This document shows, piece after piece, positions 47,401 to 62,765 of a DNA stretch of 64,000 bases. The notes under the pieces are model-generated. The model searched no databases and was not told where the DNA came from. It was given only the letters and a program-made list of their open reading frames with translations. The DNA comes from Lingula anatina (Eukaryota; Animalia; Brachiopoda): the NCBI GenBank assembly GCA_051362555.1, contig CM120647.1, positions 5,022,001-5,086,000 on the forward strand, written 5' to 3'. The stretch's first letter is position 1. Each line of letters opens with the position of its first letter. The translations under genes were made by a program, and so were the position numbers.

Positions 47401-49028
47401 TTGGCAAAGCATTTTTTTTTTTCATTATCACTGTTAAATTTATTTCGTTGATATATAACTGTTACTATCAATATTTTTTGTAATATTTATTAAATTAAAT
47501 GTCATGTGTTTTTTAAGCTGAACGTAATTTGGGTTTAAAGGATGGTTTCATCCTGTTTGGGAAATAATAACATTAGATTGCACGCTGCAGTACCCCTGAA
47601 AAAACAGATGGAAACATCATTTTGCCTTAATTGCCTTGACCTGCGTGAGTGGGTTTGCTAGGGTTTCCCCCGATTGTATGTATCTAGTATGTAATAGATA
47701 ATTAAATAAATAAATAGACCTTTGTGCCTAGAGTCTTCATAACTATCTACCATACAACCTTGGGTCGGAGGAATATAAAACAATCTAAAATTACTATCTT
47801 TGCCAAGTCACGTTATAATAAACTGGCAGTGAACCAATGTTATTTATACATATGTTTTATCGCTGCTCACTTATTCGCAAGTTGCCTTGGATCCATTAGC
47901 CACTCAAGAAGACAATATTTAGAAGAATACTCAGTTACTCAAGTTACTCAAGTAGAGCAAGATATTACTTCTTGGTGACACGCACTATCAAATATATACT
48001 CTGTACTCTTTTCTATATTTCTATAGACGCTATAAATATAGGCCGGTATTCCAAAAATAAGGTTGCTAAGAGGTTGCCAGAAGGTTGCAAGCGCAGTGTG
48101 ACCCAGGCTTAAAGGAGCTCCTCATTGGTTAAAGTAGGCCTTTGTGACACCCTCCTCCTTATAAACGACTTAGTTATGTTGGATAATTGGGGTCAACTGG
48201 TCAACTTCAATCATGCAACAGTACATATGGACATTTAAAGGACATTTAAAGGACTCCTTAACCGAAAATCAAGGAAATCTTTAAGCAAAGCCAGATTCTA
48301 GAAATGACCAATTCCTTTGATAAGGATGATTGATAAGTGATTCCTTTCAAATGAAATAAAGAAAGGTCTTGGAATACAAATTTCGTATAAGGTCGATTTT
48401 AAGTCTCCCTTTACCCTCAAGTGATCGAGTTGGGTCATTTACGACCCCAGCCATATGATTTAATATGCCATCTCTTTATTTTTTATTCGAATTTTCTTTC
48501 CTTGCATGATTTTGTCAGTCTACTAATCCTACACACTTTCACAGTTTTTTTTTTTTTTTTTTTTTTTGTTTTTTTTTTTTTTTTTTTTGTAGGGATCAAC
48601 CAATTAGTGTGACATACAGTAGTAATAATAAATATGTTTCCGTTGTACGACGTTTTAAAAACGTCACAAATGTTTTAATCCTTATCCTGTGAATAGAAGG
48701 GGGCGGACAAACAATGGAGAACCGTCTAATCCCTTCAAAATTCGAACGCAAAAACACAATAGTTTTGGCGTAATAACACACAATACCTTAGGCGAGTGAA
48801 CCCCATGACGCCTTTTTCTGTGGTCCAGCGCGAGCGCGACAATCCGCTGTAACTAGGTGTAATTAACAGCAGGATACATCAGCCAGAAGGTACCCATTGT
48901 TTGTTGCGGCGATAGGATTATAGCTTTAAGATGCTTGTGTAAAAATAGATTATTGTTTAGAAATAATAAAGAAACATTATTAAAACAATTAATTCCCATA
49001 ACAAGCTGACGTGTTGCCTCAACTACTA

Positions 49029-50414
49029 CACACACTGGACAAAAGAAGTGTCACCCCTACTGAGCCAATACTATGGAGGAGAAAAATGACTGTGGAATGA
49101 TATGCTCCTGGTATCATTTTATTAACATCAAATTTCACAAAAAATCACAAAATGAGAACAAAATATACATTCTACCAAAATATGCAGTTTCAAGTCCAAA
49201 ATTAGTACTTAGTGGCATAGCCACGTGACCTAATAATAGGTGCCAGTCTACGAAGCAAGGATTCATATAATTGTCTGATGCGTTCAGGGCTTATGCTTGC
49301 CCAAGCATGAAACACTGAATAAAACAGAGTTTCTCTGCTGGTTAGACGGGCATTTGTCCAAAGTTTTAACATATCATTCCACACATTTTCTATTATGTTT
49401 GTATCCGGACTCAGGGCAGGCCACATCACCCTGCGAATGTCCTGTTGGTCAAACCAATCATCAACTGCTCTGGTCTTGTGACAAGGAACATTGTCATCCT
49501 GGTGAACAAATGGATAATTCCTGTCACCAAACATGTTAGTAATAGATGGTAGCAAGCCTGACTCCAAAACATCGATATATTTCTAGTGATTCATGTTTTC
49601 TTCAACCAAAATCAATTCGCCCACGCCATGGATGCTGATGCAGTCCCACACCATGATGAATATGCTGCTCCGGGTTCGAAAATTCAGTACATGTGGTTCA
49701 AATGCTTTACCAGCAGTCCGCCAGCATCGTACCCGTCTGTCATCAGAGGTCAGACCAAAGCGACACTCATCAGAAAAAAATATATATATAGGACCAATTG
49801 TCATGGACTGTCCAGTTCCAGATCCTGTTGACCCTAGTTCACTCTACGTTGCCTGTTTTGTAACGATATAAGAGGTTTCAGTCTTGCTACCCTGCTGTAC
49901 ACTCTATGAGCATGTAACCGACGCCTAGCAATGTTCACAGACACATTCTTATGCGTGAAATTTTTCCACTGTGTTGTCAACTGACAAGCAGTGTCGAACT
50001 TTGACAACCTGGACATCAAAATCAGTCGTCGGTCTTCACGGCCAGTAGTTTTTCTTGGACGACCCATCAGAGGCAATTTGTCTCTTGATCCAGTGTTTCT
50101 ATACCGAGTCCAGACCCTCTGCACGGTTCTGACTAAACAATTGTATCGATATACTGACATTGCTTATATTCCGCCTCTTCAGGTTAATAACTTGCACCTG
50201 TAACCGTTAGATAATTGCCTGTATCTTGCCATATTCGAGGAAGACAGGAATAACATTTGCTGTACATGTACAAGACCAACAATACAATCCCATGGTACAG
50301 CGGTTTTATACTCATTAGTCACATTATAAGTAGACCAGGCATTATAATTACCCAAGATCTGCCTCCTTTTATTACTCTGAGTTAGGGGGTGACACTTCTT
50401 TTGTCCAGTGTGTG
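49029..50414 (-). mobile_element. Tc1 transposon, copy 3 (diverged; retains catalytic E)
   Basis: Same TIRs and TA TSD; SPDTNIIENVW; still disrupted by a stop and frameshifts. Confidence 0.95.
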
Positions 50415-50484
50415 TACATTAAGTCACATTTTATATACAATAGTAGAGGGAATCCGTAACAGGATAAATTATAGAAAGTCTTAA

Positions 50485-50531
<47 letters not shown>

Positions 50532-53500
50532 ATATTCAATAGATAAATAAATTATTTAAAGAATTAAGTAAATAATTAGATGACATTAAGAATCAAATAA
50601 GATAAAAATTAGATATAAATCATCAAATAAAAGATAAATCATTTGAAATAATTTAATAAATAAATTATGATTTTATAATTAAATGAATAAATCGCTGTGA
50701 AGAAATAATCATTGTCGCAGCTAACACGGTGAGTGTCTACCCATCATCAGGTAGCTTTTCACTAGTTACCAGTATAGACAGTCATGTATCTGGTTATTTG
50801 GTGGGACTTTTTTGCACGCGCTATAAGGGGAACGTGCACATAAACTACCTTTAAGATGATAGTGACTGTCCTATCATTTGAAAGCCAACAAATTTTTTTC
50901 ATTCCACATTTGTAATTACATTACATTTGTAATTTTATAACCGGTAGTATGTAACTCTTCGCTGTTCTGTAACAGTTATAAAGGAAAGTTAGATTTTGCT
51001 TGTATGAAACACGCTTTTTATTTTGATAAAAATCGATTGCGCATGGAGCATAATAATATTAGGCTTTCGAACGATTACCAAAGTACGTAAAGCAGGGCCT
51101 TAGGTTTAACAGTCTAAGATTTATTCAGTATGGGCAGTTAACTGGGACCAGTCTTGTTTCATTAACTTTGCGAATGAAACAGTCTCCGTCGTCAACGTAA
51201 ATTTCCAATATGATCTTACATCACTTATCTGATTTAACAATGTTATTGTAAAGGTTTGGTTTATGGTTGTTTGAGAAAAGATAATGATCGCGTTTAACAA
51301 TAGATTGCAGGCTATAGTAAACCCCCTCCTCTTTGAGCGATGTCTAATACTGTTAATTCACCGTACTTTCATAAACATGTAGTGTGACCACACTGTCAGA
51401 CATCCCCCTTGTTGCACGTTGCAAGTGATTTGTCTCATAACTATGATAAGGCGTTCTTTTTTTCTCATTGTTGTTTAAAAACGGATCACTTTGTCAAGGC
51501 TAATTGCTTAGCTCTTTGCGCGTCATATGTAAACGCTAAGATATGAATGTGATAGTTGATTGTTTGTGCCCGGGTGCCGCACTTATACTTTCTTACTAGA
51601 GCGATCTAGAACAAGCCGCCAGTTTACACTGTTTGTAACTGTAGCAAAATATGTTCGACTTGCAGTTTCTGCACGACAGCCGGAGACACAGTAATATTGT
51701 ATAGGCATGGTTTAAGCTTGTTCGAGAGATAATAACAGTCGCGTTTAACAATAGATAGTATGACCCCCTCCTTTTTAACTGATGTCTTACACTGTTAATA
51801 TTGACCGTACTTTCATATATTATGTAATACACTGTCAGACTTTCCCCTGTTGCACGTTGGCGTTGGATTGTACTTGTGCCTCTGTCAATGCACCTCATTT
51901 AGTTTAAATATTTTTTTACCGCATAAACCTGTGTGGTTTAGGGTTATTAGTTTAAGTAGTAGGAATAGGATGCTTGGACAAAAAGCTTCTAGTCAACTCG
52001 CTTAGACCTAGGGTGTGATGCTGCTATCATCCGAGGAAACACCTACACTGAATCCTCTACCTAAAGTTCCCCTAGCTGAAATAAAAACTGCCCCTTGAAC
52101 CTGTCCATTTTTTAAAGTGTCAAATCATTTTTGATATCATTTAGCGTCTTTAAACGAAATCTTTCAAGTAGCAAAAACAGAACCGTGTGGTGATTATTTA
52201 TTAAAGCGTAGGTTTATTCATCATGATCTATTTTGTAAACAATACTTGCCTATATTTTACTTGGATTGATCATCGTCACTGTTGGCTACTCGCCTATAAT
52301 GCGTGCTGAACGACAGACAACTTAAAAATATTATCTGTGTAAATGACCACGTTAAGTTAAAATAGAACGATGTCGGTGATTTAATCCATCCAACATGTTG
52401 ATATTTATTTTAAAACCAGTGTCAGGTTAACACCAAGTCAAAGCAAGCCTTGCAGACTGACTTTGTTTAAATTGTTATAAAATAAGTAAAGCTAAGTAAA
52501 GCCTGTTTCTAGTTCTGACAAGCTATAAAACTGCATGAAGGATAACAAGTCTCTGTAGCCAATTAACTTTCACATTGCCCTGTGCTTTACAGTCCCATGT
52601 AATGCAACAAAATGAGTATGGCCTGAGAGAAATATGAATATGAGGACGTGTACGAAAGACGTTTCAAATAATAAAAATCAAGAATTTAAACATGTTAGGT
52701 ACATGCACATCACTTAATAAGTCATTTCACAAAAATCGCATCTAATTTGTCAGATTAACCCCCATTTTTATCGATTTCAACGCCTTGTCTGATGTTTACA
52801 TGTAGGTGAAGGAGGTATATTCCAATATTAATTGCGAATAATATCAACAGCTACTCAAAATCGTTGCCTGCCTTTCACACTTTTACACAAACTCATAAAG
52901 GGTTAATAAAAGGATTCGCGTCGCGACATCTATCTCTATTCTTCGAACAATTAAGCAAAGGGCTGACCCGAAGTAAGCTTTCAAAACTAATTTCTCCTTG
53001 ACTGTACAGGGGTACATTGTAATTACTCCACTTGGTCGCCTCCATTGTCTTGTAAAAGTGACTAAGAATGTGTTTTCACACGTGAGTTTACATAACTCCT
53101 TTGCCTTGTGTCTTTATCAAGGTTATAATCAGTTTGAATAGGTTGTCTTGCTTCACATAAAAAGGGAGTTGTTCTTCATACTGGTTGTTGCATAACTTAT
53201 GCTAACCTACTTTGTACAAATATGGTTTTAATAAATCGCCAAAATTATGACACTAGTGAACATTGTGTATCGAACGTTTTGATACGATTAAATAAATGTG
53301 CAAGAAGGATTACGGAATGAGTTACTATTTACCTCTGGCGCTAACTTCGAACTGCTACATAAAAAAAAAAAAAAAAAAAATTTGCAGATCGTAAAAAAAT
53401 ACTTTATTGTAGAGTTTTTATGACATATGATTTACATATTTGATAGTGAGACATTTCTCGGCTTGAACGAATCACCCGACGATTACTATGCCCCCACACG

Positions 53501-56500
53501 CGTCCCTCCCCCCCCAAAAAAAATGCTCTTTTGATTTCAAAATGAATTTGTTTTCAAAATGAAGTCCAATACCCCTTTCACGACTCAGTCATTGTACAGC
53601 AAGTTGTAATCGATATTTAAAAAAGTTAATTTTTGTACTCCGCATTTCAGTGTTTATTGTGGAGCTTTAATCGGGGACACTGCCTGTTAAGGTTACAATT
53701 ACGTCGCTAGGTTACTGGATTATGTCTAAGTACACGTAAAGCTTTGTAAAGTCTCTATTGTCACTCATCTTAGTTATTGAATTTTGTCTTGAATAAAAAA
53801 ATACTCTCAAATTATCGTTTTGTGCTGAAACCTTTCATAACTTGGACCGAGGTTTGATATACACTGTACTGTAGCTACTATGCCATTCCTCAAGTTGGGT
53901 CTGCTGGGGGAGGGGGGCATTTAAATGATAAACTAGGAAGTCCACCTGGAAAGCAGCAGCGGTTTACATGATCGCTGTCTCTGTTCCTTTTTCTTTGACA
54001 GCATCATAGAAAATGTTAAGGGAGAAAGTCACACATACCCCCCCCCCCCCCCCCCCCCCCGGCGTTGTTTTGTCTTCAGCATTTCCTCCTTCTTGCTTAC
54101 TGCAGTTATTCTCGTCAATGAATGAAACCGAGAAAGCAATTAAGTAATGGCACATTGAATATAATCACTAGGTGCATTTCGCTGAGTGTTAACAAGATCT
54201 AGCGAAACATTTTATCGCCACGCGTTCAAGTCTGATAAATCAGGGGATTTTTATTGTGAATCGGGAAATCAGGAGATATGTCCCTAGATGGGGAGATTTT
54301 CGAGGAGACCAGTAGTGTTGTAAGATCTGAGGAATTTAGTCTGTAAAATGTAAAGGCTAGCATAGATTATCATACAATTAATGGTATCATACGTGCCTTA
54401 GATATTCAGTGTGTGCAATAACGAGAGACGCAAAAACGGCAAAATGTAAGCAAGGAGGGGTGTGTTTGTTTATGGGGGGGGGGGGGGGGGAGGGGGCAGT
54501 TAGTGGTATTTGTTTGTGTAGTTGGCGAAAATAAAAAAAAGTCTAGAATAGTGTATGTACACGTTTACGTAGTTGAACATGGAAAAATTTTCAACTAATA
54601 ATAAAAAACATCAGGCTAAAAACGTAATTTGTTTAGAAATTTAAACTGTCACTCTGGTGGCACAGCGTCATGGCTATGAATTTGACATGGACTTTAGTCC
54701 GAAATATTAGTGAATTTAGAATTAATAGCTAAAACGTTAATCTGCCCTAATTTGTCAGATAACAAAAAAGTGGTGATCCAACTATGAGTAATGTATTTAA
54801 AGTACGGCCGTATATGCAATGGGCCATTTAGGATTATAATTGCATACCCTGATGCAAAACAGCCTATCGTCTTCCACCGTGAGTCCCTTTAATTAATGTA
54901 TTATATTACTCTTTACCCTTTTTATTTGACACTGTCTCTGTTCCTCTCCCTTTTTCCTTTCTCTTGTAAGAAGGAGGGTAAATAATTAAGCACTCAAAAT
55001 ATGCATCACCAATCTTCAGAATAGAATAAATCAAATAACAGCTTTCACAGATTTAACTGCAGTTAGCTGTATAGTGTCACTATACATGTATACATAATCC
55101 GCTGCACGCGCGAAGCTGTTGAACAAAAGGATAGTTTTCTATGGAAGACCTTTTGTTTACATAAGTACTCTAAGGGGGCGTGCCTACCCAGGCGACAGGG
55201 GATTAGGCTAGTAACTATATTCCGTCAAAATCGTTTAGCAACCCTATCATTATCACACTCCCTCTATTGTATTTTCTGACGTTATAATTGTATCTAATCT
55301 TCTTATGGTAGATGGAAAAAATGCACACATACATAATATTAGGACTGTACACATCACAAACTCTTGTGGGGTCATTGATGACCCAAAAGAGAAGCATTAG
55401 TTTTTAAATATTAGTTTTTAAATTTTATTCAATTTTTTTTTGCCCACGCAACACTGACAGGAAAATGTCACATGCATGTACTTCATGCAAACAGCTAGTG
55501 TGCCCAAAACATAGGCACAAATAAGTAGTTTGTGTAGATTATGCTTGAAGTGTCACTAATAGTGCATCGCTGAATCTAATTTCAGTAGCTTTGTTCTCAT
55601 AACTGGGTCTCTCATTTTGACGGTTACATTTTTCGGGTATTTTGGAAATCTAAAGAATTCTGTCAATATCATATATCATGCATATATTAACAAATTGTTT
55701 TTGTGGATTTTGTTTCATACACAGATGTGATAGTAGCACACGTGTAGGTTGATTGAATGTGTTCTAAGTAGTATGACTTCCTTACCAGCATTAGGGTATT
55801 CCCTACTCAGCAAGTCAGCTAATTATTCTTATTGAAGTTAGTAGGATGCTATCTCAACGTAAGTCAAAATATTTTTACTCAAAGTAATTTTGTAATGTAC
55901 TTTTTTCATTTAGTGTGGCAAATAAAAAGAGAAATATTTCTGCCAATGGAAACTGACAAGGACTGTCTAAATACCGGTGTAATGTTCTTAAATTCTGTGC
56001 TTGGTTATTTCATGCAATAAAAGTATTATTGCCAAATAAGTATTACATTAGATCATTATAAAATACTTGTCTTAAATCCTGGGAGTAGTATAGGTATGAT
56101 AAACCCTCAACAACATTTTATAATAAGGATCCCTGTACAGAGCACAATGGGGTCATTGATGACTCCACTTGGTCATTTGCGTCAGTAAAATAGCTTGGTC
56201 TCTTAATTAAGGGTTAACGCTAAAGGGAGATTCTGGAATACAGACCATAATGTTTTGATGGTTCTTGTTCTTTCATTGCGGTAAGCACCTACTTGGATTT
56301 TTTGGTCTCCTGGATATGACTTTAGAAATATTTCATATTTTTTTATTTCTGTGCCAACGCTAAGTCCTGCTGTCGTTTTAAGTGACAACTGTCGAGCACC
56401 TTAAGATAGGGGAATACCGGTAACTAAAAGCTCGATCAGCAGCATACACTTTCACTATATTTTGAAACATTAAGAACGAAAAAATAGAAAAGAAGTTACC

Positions 56501-56625
56501 CAGTACACGTATATTGTTACTGTTATGTTGGAAATGACAGAATTATCTACCTCTGGCAATGAGTTCAACTCTCTTGATACACACATATATATATATATTA
56601 AGTAATATGTAAAAAAGTTAAGTTA

Positions 56626-56717
<92 letters not shown>

Positions 56718-59700
56718 TTTTGGTACTAAGGGATAAACATAACTGCATGTGTCAATTTACTCGATCGAAAGGATAATTAGCAAAGTGTGGTTTACCTGTA
56801 TATTCAGCTAAATGAATTTGTGGATACAAAATAAAACTTACGGACTGGGGAAAAAATTAAAGGTGCTCATATCGAAAACAACCAATCATTTTATGCAGCA
56901 AGATAGAGCATATTTTGAACAAAATGTAGCATAGTGCAGGAAACATTACCCATTATACCATCAATTCATTTAGTGCATTTCCTCTAATTGAGTTCAATTC
57001 ATGTAAGTTATGTGTAGTGAGCTTAAACGTAACTTCAAAGGCATATAGTTTGTGTAAGTGCACTACGTAATTTTATTAAGATGAATAAAAAATGTAAAAA
57101 AAAAAACAGATGTCAGAAATGTATGTTGCATCATGTAGTGTAAATAAGACAAAGGTAGCATGCATGGTAGCTTAGGCGCACAGTTTATCTGCACGCAACC
57201 ATGATGAGAATGTAGAATGTGCACCTTACACGTGAAGTTCGGTCAAGAGTTGCGAAACCAAAATGACCCTGACGTTACATCCAAGCGTTATAAAATATCA
57301 GAACTGAATTTATATAATATTCATATTCTATGAAAAACCTACAAAACCACGTTCTGTGCTTTAGAGTATATTTTACTGTGAAATAAAGTGTGGCTATTAT
57401 TGTTTACCATTAAAACAACGACTAATGGAAGCACACAACTCTATAATGGTTGATTGGTATTTTATACGGGTGCTCTTAATTCGAAAAACAGCAGGCAACT
57501 CAAAGATCATGATTGACTCTGAGTTACCTTGATCTGCAGTAGCAGGACTGTTAGTGTTCTCTCGGGCTCCCTATAACATTACGTAACATTTTACTCGAAC
57601 ATTTTGACGAGTACCACGCACCAAACATCGACCATCCTCAACTGTTTACGGGACTCAATGTTTAAGACTACGGTACGCTACGTCTCAAATAAGTAGCCCA
57701 AATTGGTGCCCAAACACAGTATAAAACTGAATATTCTTCCAGGCTAAATGGTTTTCATGCTAACATAAAAGAGAAAACAAGCTTAAAGAGGGTTTGTGAT
57801 GACCCTAAAGTTTGAATCATATATGGACTAAAACACCTGGTGATAAGATTAATGATAACTGAGACTATTGAATTTTGAATCTCGCTTCACTCCGCCTACT
57901 ACATTAAGAACATTTTATGTTTATAAACTACATTATAATGTAGTCCAGTGTAGTCCAGTAATTCTACAATTATTTCAGTTCTTTCCTTCGTCAATTCAAA
58001 TACCAGCCATTCAATTGAATTCAATTAACGGAGTTGGTGTTCAATCTCAGTCCACACGTTTTCGCTTTAATTGCAGTCCAGTCTCTCCAGTAGAATTCGA
58101 AACTAATTAATATCATGTTCTTCATGACTGTTGTTGTCTGGGTGTCATCGTGTGTTTTCTTAGAAGAAGGATTTTTAACAATCCCTTGTGCATGGACCTC
58201 AGGTAAAGGCTGCTCAAGGCAACATGCCGCTCCGGCACAGGGGCACACTTTGATATCAATACTTGTTTGGCAAATGGTAACGCGCGCAAGCTGCAGTTAG
58301 CAATAAATTTAAATAGTGTTAAGAAATTTGTTTTATTGAGTTAAAGACGGAAGCGCAATGGTCTTCACACATATAAGATAATGGCTTTGATGACAGAGAA
58401 TAGGGGTGTTAACAAAAACCTTCACACATAGTGTAACAGTGTTCTAGGTTTAAAAGTTAAATATTATTTGGTTCTGAGTAAAGTTTGGGAACTACTGGCC
58501 AAATCTTATTTACTTCAATAAATTAATTTAAAAGGCAGGGCGTGTCCTCTTTAACACCACCGTTGAACTAAAAGCGTTCATATTTACTTATTACAATGCA
58601 TTTGGTTTCCTTTATGTAAGCGTCCAAATGGGAATATGCATTTAAATTGTAAGTTGTCAATTTTATTCTTGAATGTTGTTGCCTATTTTCCTTCGTTTCT
58701 TTGTCTTCGTTTCTCTTCTTACTAGTATAATATTTTAAAAAATCAGTACTGCTTGAAACTCAAATAACACTTGGGCAACACAGCGCTCCAGAACATCAGC
58801 CGGGACACACAGTTATAAAATCTTTCTATAGAGGCATGGTTTGAGCTCCTTTGGCAAATGATGACAATCAAATTTAATATATGCACTAAGCCCATGAGCG
58901 ATCTCTATCGCTTAATATAATGCTTTGAAAATGGATGTGCAATTTTTTATCCAGAAAATGAAAACGAAGCCTAGCTTTGATGCTAAAGCATAGTGGTATT
59001 TGTGGAACTATACATTTCTTTGCATTTGAATACGGACAGTCTGACTTATAGGGCTTTTACTACAGTAAATGAAAGTTTTCAAAGATATATGCCTTTCTAA
59101 TACAATGGAAATATTTTCTTTCTTCTTTTTTTTAGTTGAGCAATTGATGTCACCTCAGTTTGCCCAGAGTTAGTGCTTGTTTTTTTCTCGTGAAATAGAA
59201 ATCTAAATAACCCTTGTTTTAAGGTTTAACAGTTAAAGGGACAAAAAATAGGATTAAAAACGCCTTTTTAGTGCATGGATTGCTTCTTATATAACTTATC
59301 TGAGAACAATTGCTATGGGTAAAGCATAAAATGGCAGGTAAATGGCCTTAATCAATATCGAAAAAAAGAATCATATTCACCGTCCACTTTCGAACCCCGG
59401 GCGTCAGCCATCTTGACACAGTTTGAAATAACGCGGCATCTCGACTCAGATACGAGATGTAAACAATGCAGACAGCATGTCGTTTCGAAGGTGAGCGTGG
59501 ACGTGAAGGAGAAGAGGAATTGCTCACCGAATCTTTGCAGGTAAGCGAGTTATATTTACCAAAAGTACTTTAAAATGGGAAGATGGCAGTGGAAATCAAA
59601 ATGTCTGGCAGAGGAAGTTAAAAAGCGTAGATAACTGCTAATAATTAACGTTTCCTCGGGTAACGCACTCGCAGCCAAATCACTCGCACTGGGTACGTAC

Positions 59701-60529
59701 TACTAGTTATATGAAGCGAGATAGTGCACTTTACCCCTGAGGTGTATAGTTCTGTAAAGCAGGAGGAATACCCTTTTCTGCTCAATGTGGTCATCTACCA
59801 GTACTTACAGACTAACCTCACACCATATTCTCGCAGGGGAATCCCATGAGATATACAATGTAACTCGAGTACTAGTGGGGTTAGAGGGTGTTCTTTGTAC
59901 GGCACGTAACTACGTTAGCTTATTTGTAAATTTAATAATATTGTCAATGAATATGATTATAAGGAATGATTTTTTAGCCTTTCAGAGGAGGAATTGGGTG
60001 ATACACCCCTTCAAGCACGAGTGAAGAGATCAGGTATGTTAATAATTTTAGCAGTATAACATGGGCGGATCCAGGATTATTTGAAAGGGGGGGGGGGGGT
60101 CCGCGGATGCAAAGCCGACCCCCCCTAGTTGGCGTGGGGTCCTGGGCCTGCTTAAAACTTTGGTATTTTAGAGGGTGAACAGTGCCATTTGGTACGGTTT
60201 AGCACTTTACTGTAGTAAATTAGCTAGTCAAAATTCTAATTCCAAGTGGGGAATATTAGTGTGATTTTTTTACATCAGTTCTTTGAAACCATGTGTGATT
60301 ATGTTATTTCTTCTTGTGGCCTTTATGATTTAATGCAGCTGCAGATATTTAAATTTAATTTTTTTTTTTTTTTTTTTTGCCATAATCAGACTTGCTTCTT
60401 TATAATAAGCTGGTTATCATGTAGTGATCATGCCCTCTAATTTGTTGATTTTTGTTAAAGAATAGTGCTGTTATGATAATATCAATACATTTTTTTTCTT
60501 TATAACCATTTTATGTAATTTTACTATTA

Positions 60530-60700
60530 CAGTGCCTCAAGTTATGTCTGGAAAACTCATACCAGGAAGCACTCCAATCTTACAATACTGCATCACTTCA
60601 ATGTCGGTGTGACAAGTTGTGTAAAAGACTGCTACAAAAAATTTGCAGCGATGACCACATGATCCACCACCTTTTACCAAAACCGAGTGAACAGTTTTAT
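60530..60700 (+). mobile_element. CR1-group LINE ORF2 C-terminal fragment
   Basis: CLKLCLENSYQEALQSYNTASLQCRCDKLCKRLLQKICSDDHMIHHLLPKP matches the SY.EAL....L..R...LC....LH.LLP pattern. Confidence 0.6.
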
Positions 60701-62439
60701 ATTATAATGCCCATGTACATGTATTTAAAGTGACAAGACTGAGATCAGCGAGAGCCTCAAGGCCTTTATTTTCTGTGCATTGTCAACTCTTCAATAATTT
60801 TATAATTTTGTCAAATACATCCAAAGATTCAATTCTAATGCAATACTTGAAAACTTTTTTAGAATATATTTTAATGTCGAACATGTTTTTCTAAGAACTA
60901 GCCCTTTAGTAAATTAACATGTACTATCCAACTGTTATTATTAATTAACACATTGTTATGTACAAAGCATAAGCTGCAGTATCAATGAAGCATTAACTGG
61001 GTAGAGATTATGAATGAAATAAAAGTTTAAATATTGAAACATCTTTTATTTATATTTGGCAAAAATACAAGAATAAACAAAGTTTGCTACATAAGTTTGG
61101 AATTTGGCCAAATCATCTTTATTATTACCTGTCACATGTAATAAATAAGACAAACACAGATTCTGTAAGCTAGAATGCATAATTATTTTCATACTCATTA
61201 ATGCCATCTTCATAAATAAGCCTTCTATTCAAGCATTCACAAACTTTCACATTGTGCAGTACACATTATAGTATGATAACATTTTTGAGAGAGACTTATT
61301 AATAGCCAGGCTATCATGTTAAGAGTCTGATGTACATGCAGACCCATGAGGATTGCAGATCAACAAATTATCCCCCTCTCTGTCAGTGTATTGACTCGTG
61401 AGCTGTCTCCATGCAAAGGGATGTGTCATAAGAAAGGACCAACCCAACTTACACAAACATAAATTGTTTCATCAGTAAGATATTCACACATACTTTTCCA
61501 AGATGTGCAGGGAATAAATAGAAAGTTATAAATATTTCTTTAAAAAATACAGGCATAGCTTCCCTGCATGAATTCTAAATAATGGCTGAGTGGAGAATTG
61601 AATACAGGCACAAGTGTTCACTCAAACCATTTTTGTAGGTCTTAAAAGAAATGACATGCAGTCATTTGCCAAATACAGAATTTTATGCTGTAACAAAGTC
61701 ACAAAACTGCAACTGGTGATCTTACAAAATCTAACAACACACTGGTTTAAAATCAAGTTGAAATCACAATATGCCACTAGTACCATATTCCATAATACAT
61801 TTGATGTCATTTAGATTTAAGAAGTAAATGCTGGACCAAAATGGTTTATTCTCAATATCAGGCATATGACTTAGGTTTGGGAGGAAAGACCACCTTGATT
61901 TCCAATCTGTCTGCATTATAGCATACATGTAAGTGCTAGATGGTTTGAAGTCAGCAGATTATGCTTTGTCACATTGGCAAGATGAGTTCACTGAATATAT
62001 CCTGTAAGCAGCACTCGAAAGTCAGGAAAAGTCTCTCACTATCCAACTCGTCCCCGCTTTGGACCCTCAAGAAAAGTTCATCTTTTTTTGGTGGAGAGCC
62101 ATGGAGTTCCTCTTCCATGTAAAAAACTCTTCTTCAGGGCATCATACTGGCAGTTGCTCATAACCTTTAGGTCTAAAAAAGCAAATCAAAATAATAATAA
62201 TAATAATTAATTAAGATTGCAACCCAGTGGGTTGAAGTTGTACATAGTGTTAAGAAAATTATAATGAAAATAAAGTGAATATTTGCTTGAATAAAACTGA
62301 GTTAAAAGACTGCTAATTGAACTTTAAAATTATTGTACTTAGGATAAAAGACAACATAATACTATTGGAAATTTAAAAGTGCATACGGAATAAAAGAGCA
62401 TCAGAATCTGTCGGTCTTAAATTGTGGCACTTTGTTACT

Positions 62440-62765
62440 ATTGTTTGATCTTAAAAGACGATTGGATTGATCAATAAAGATGTGATTCAGTTTGTCAGAG
62501 GATTCAGTTATTTTGTAAAAGAAAGTTTTGCACAGATCTCTTCGTTTATCTAAAGTACACATATGCCAGGTTCAGGGTTTCATCATAGTATAGGTCAGGG
62601 AAAATAATCTTCAAAGCACGAGTTTGGTCAGTCTCTTAGAGTTTGCATTGCTCTATAGTTAGTCCTGGATGCCACACAGGGCAGGCATATTCTAGAATTG
62701 AGTGCACAATACTTTGGTAAAGCTTAGCTCGTTTCAGTTGACGGAGGAAATAGAGTCTTGCATTA
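62440..62765 (-). mobile_element. CR1-group LINE reverse transcriptase C-terminal fragment
   Basis: LYFLRQLKRA..YQSIVHSILEYACPVWHPGLT and QTRALKIIFPDLYYDETL. Confidence 0.8.

Noticed and set aside
50420-59230. Short ORFs and low-complexity tracts
   Set aside because: No domain motifs or consistent exon structure; treated as intergenic DNA with decayed repeats.
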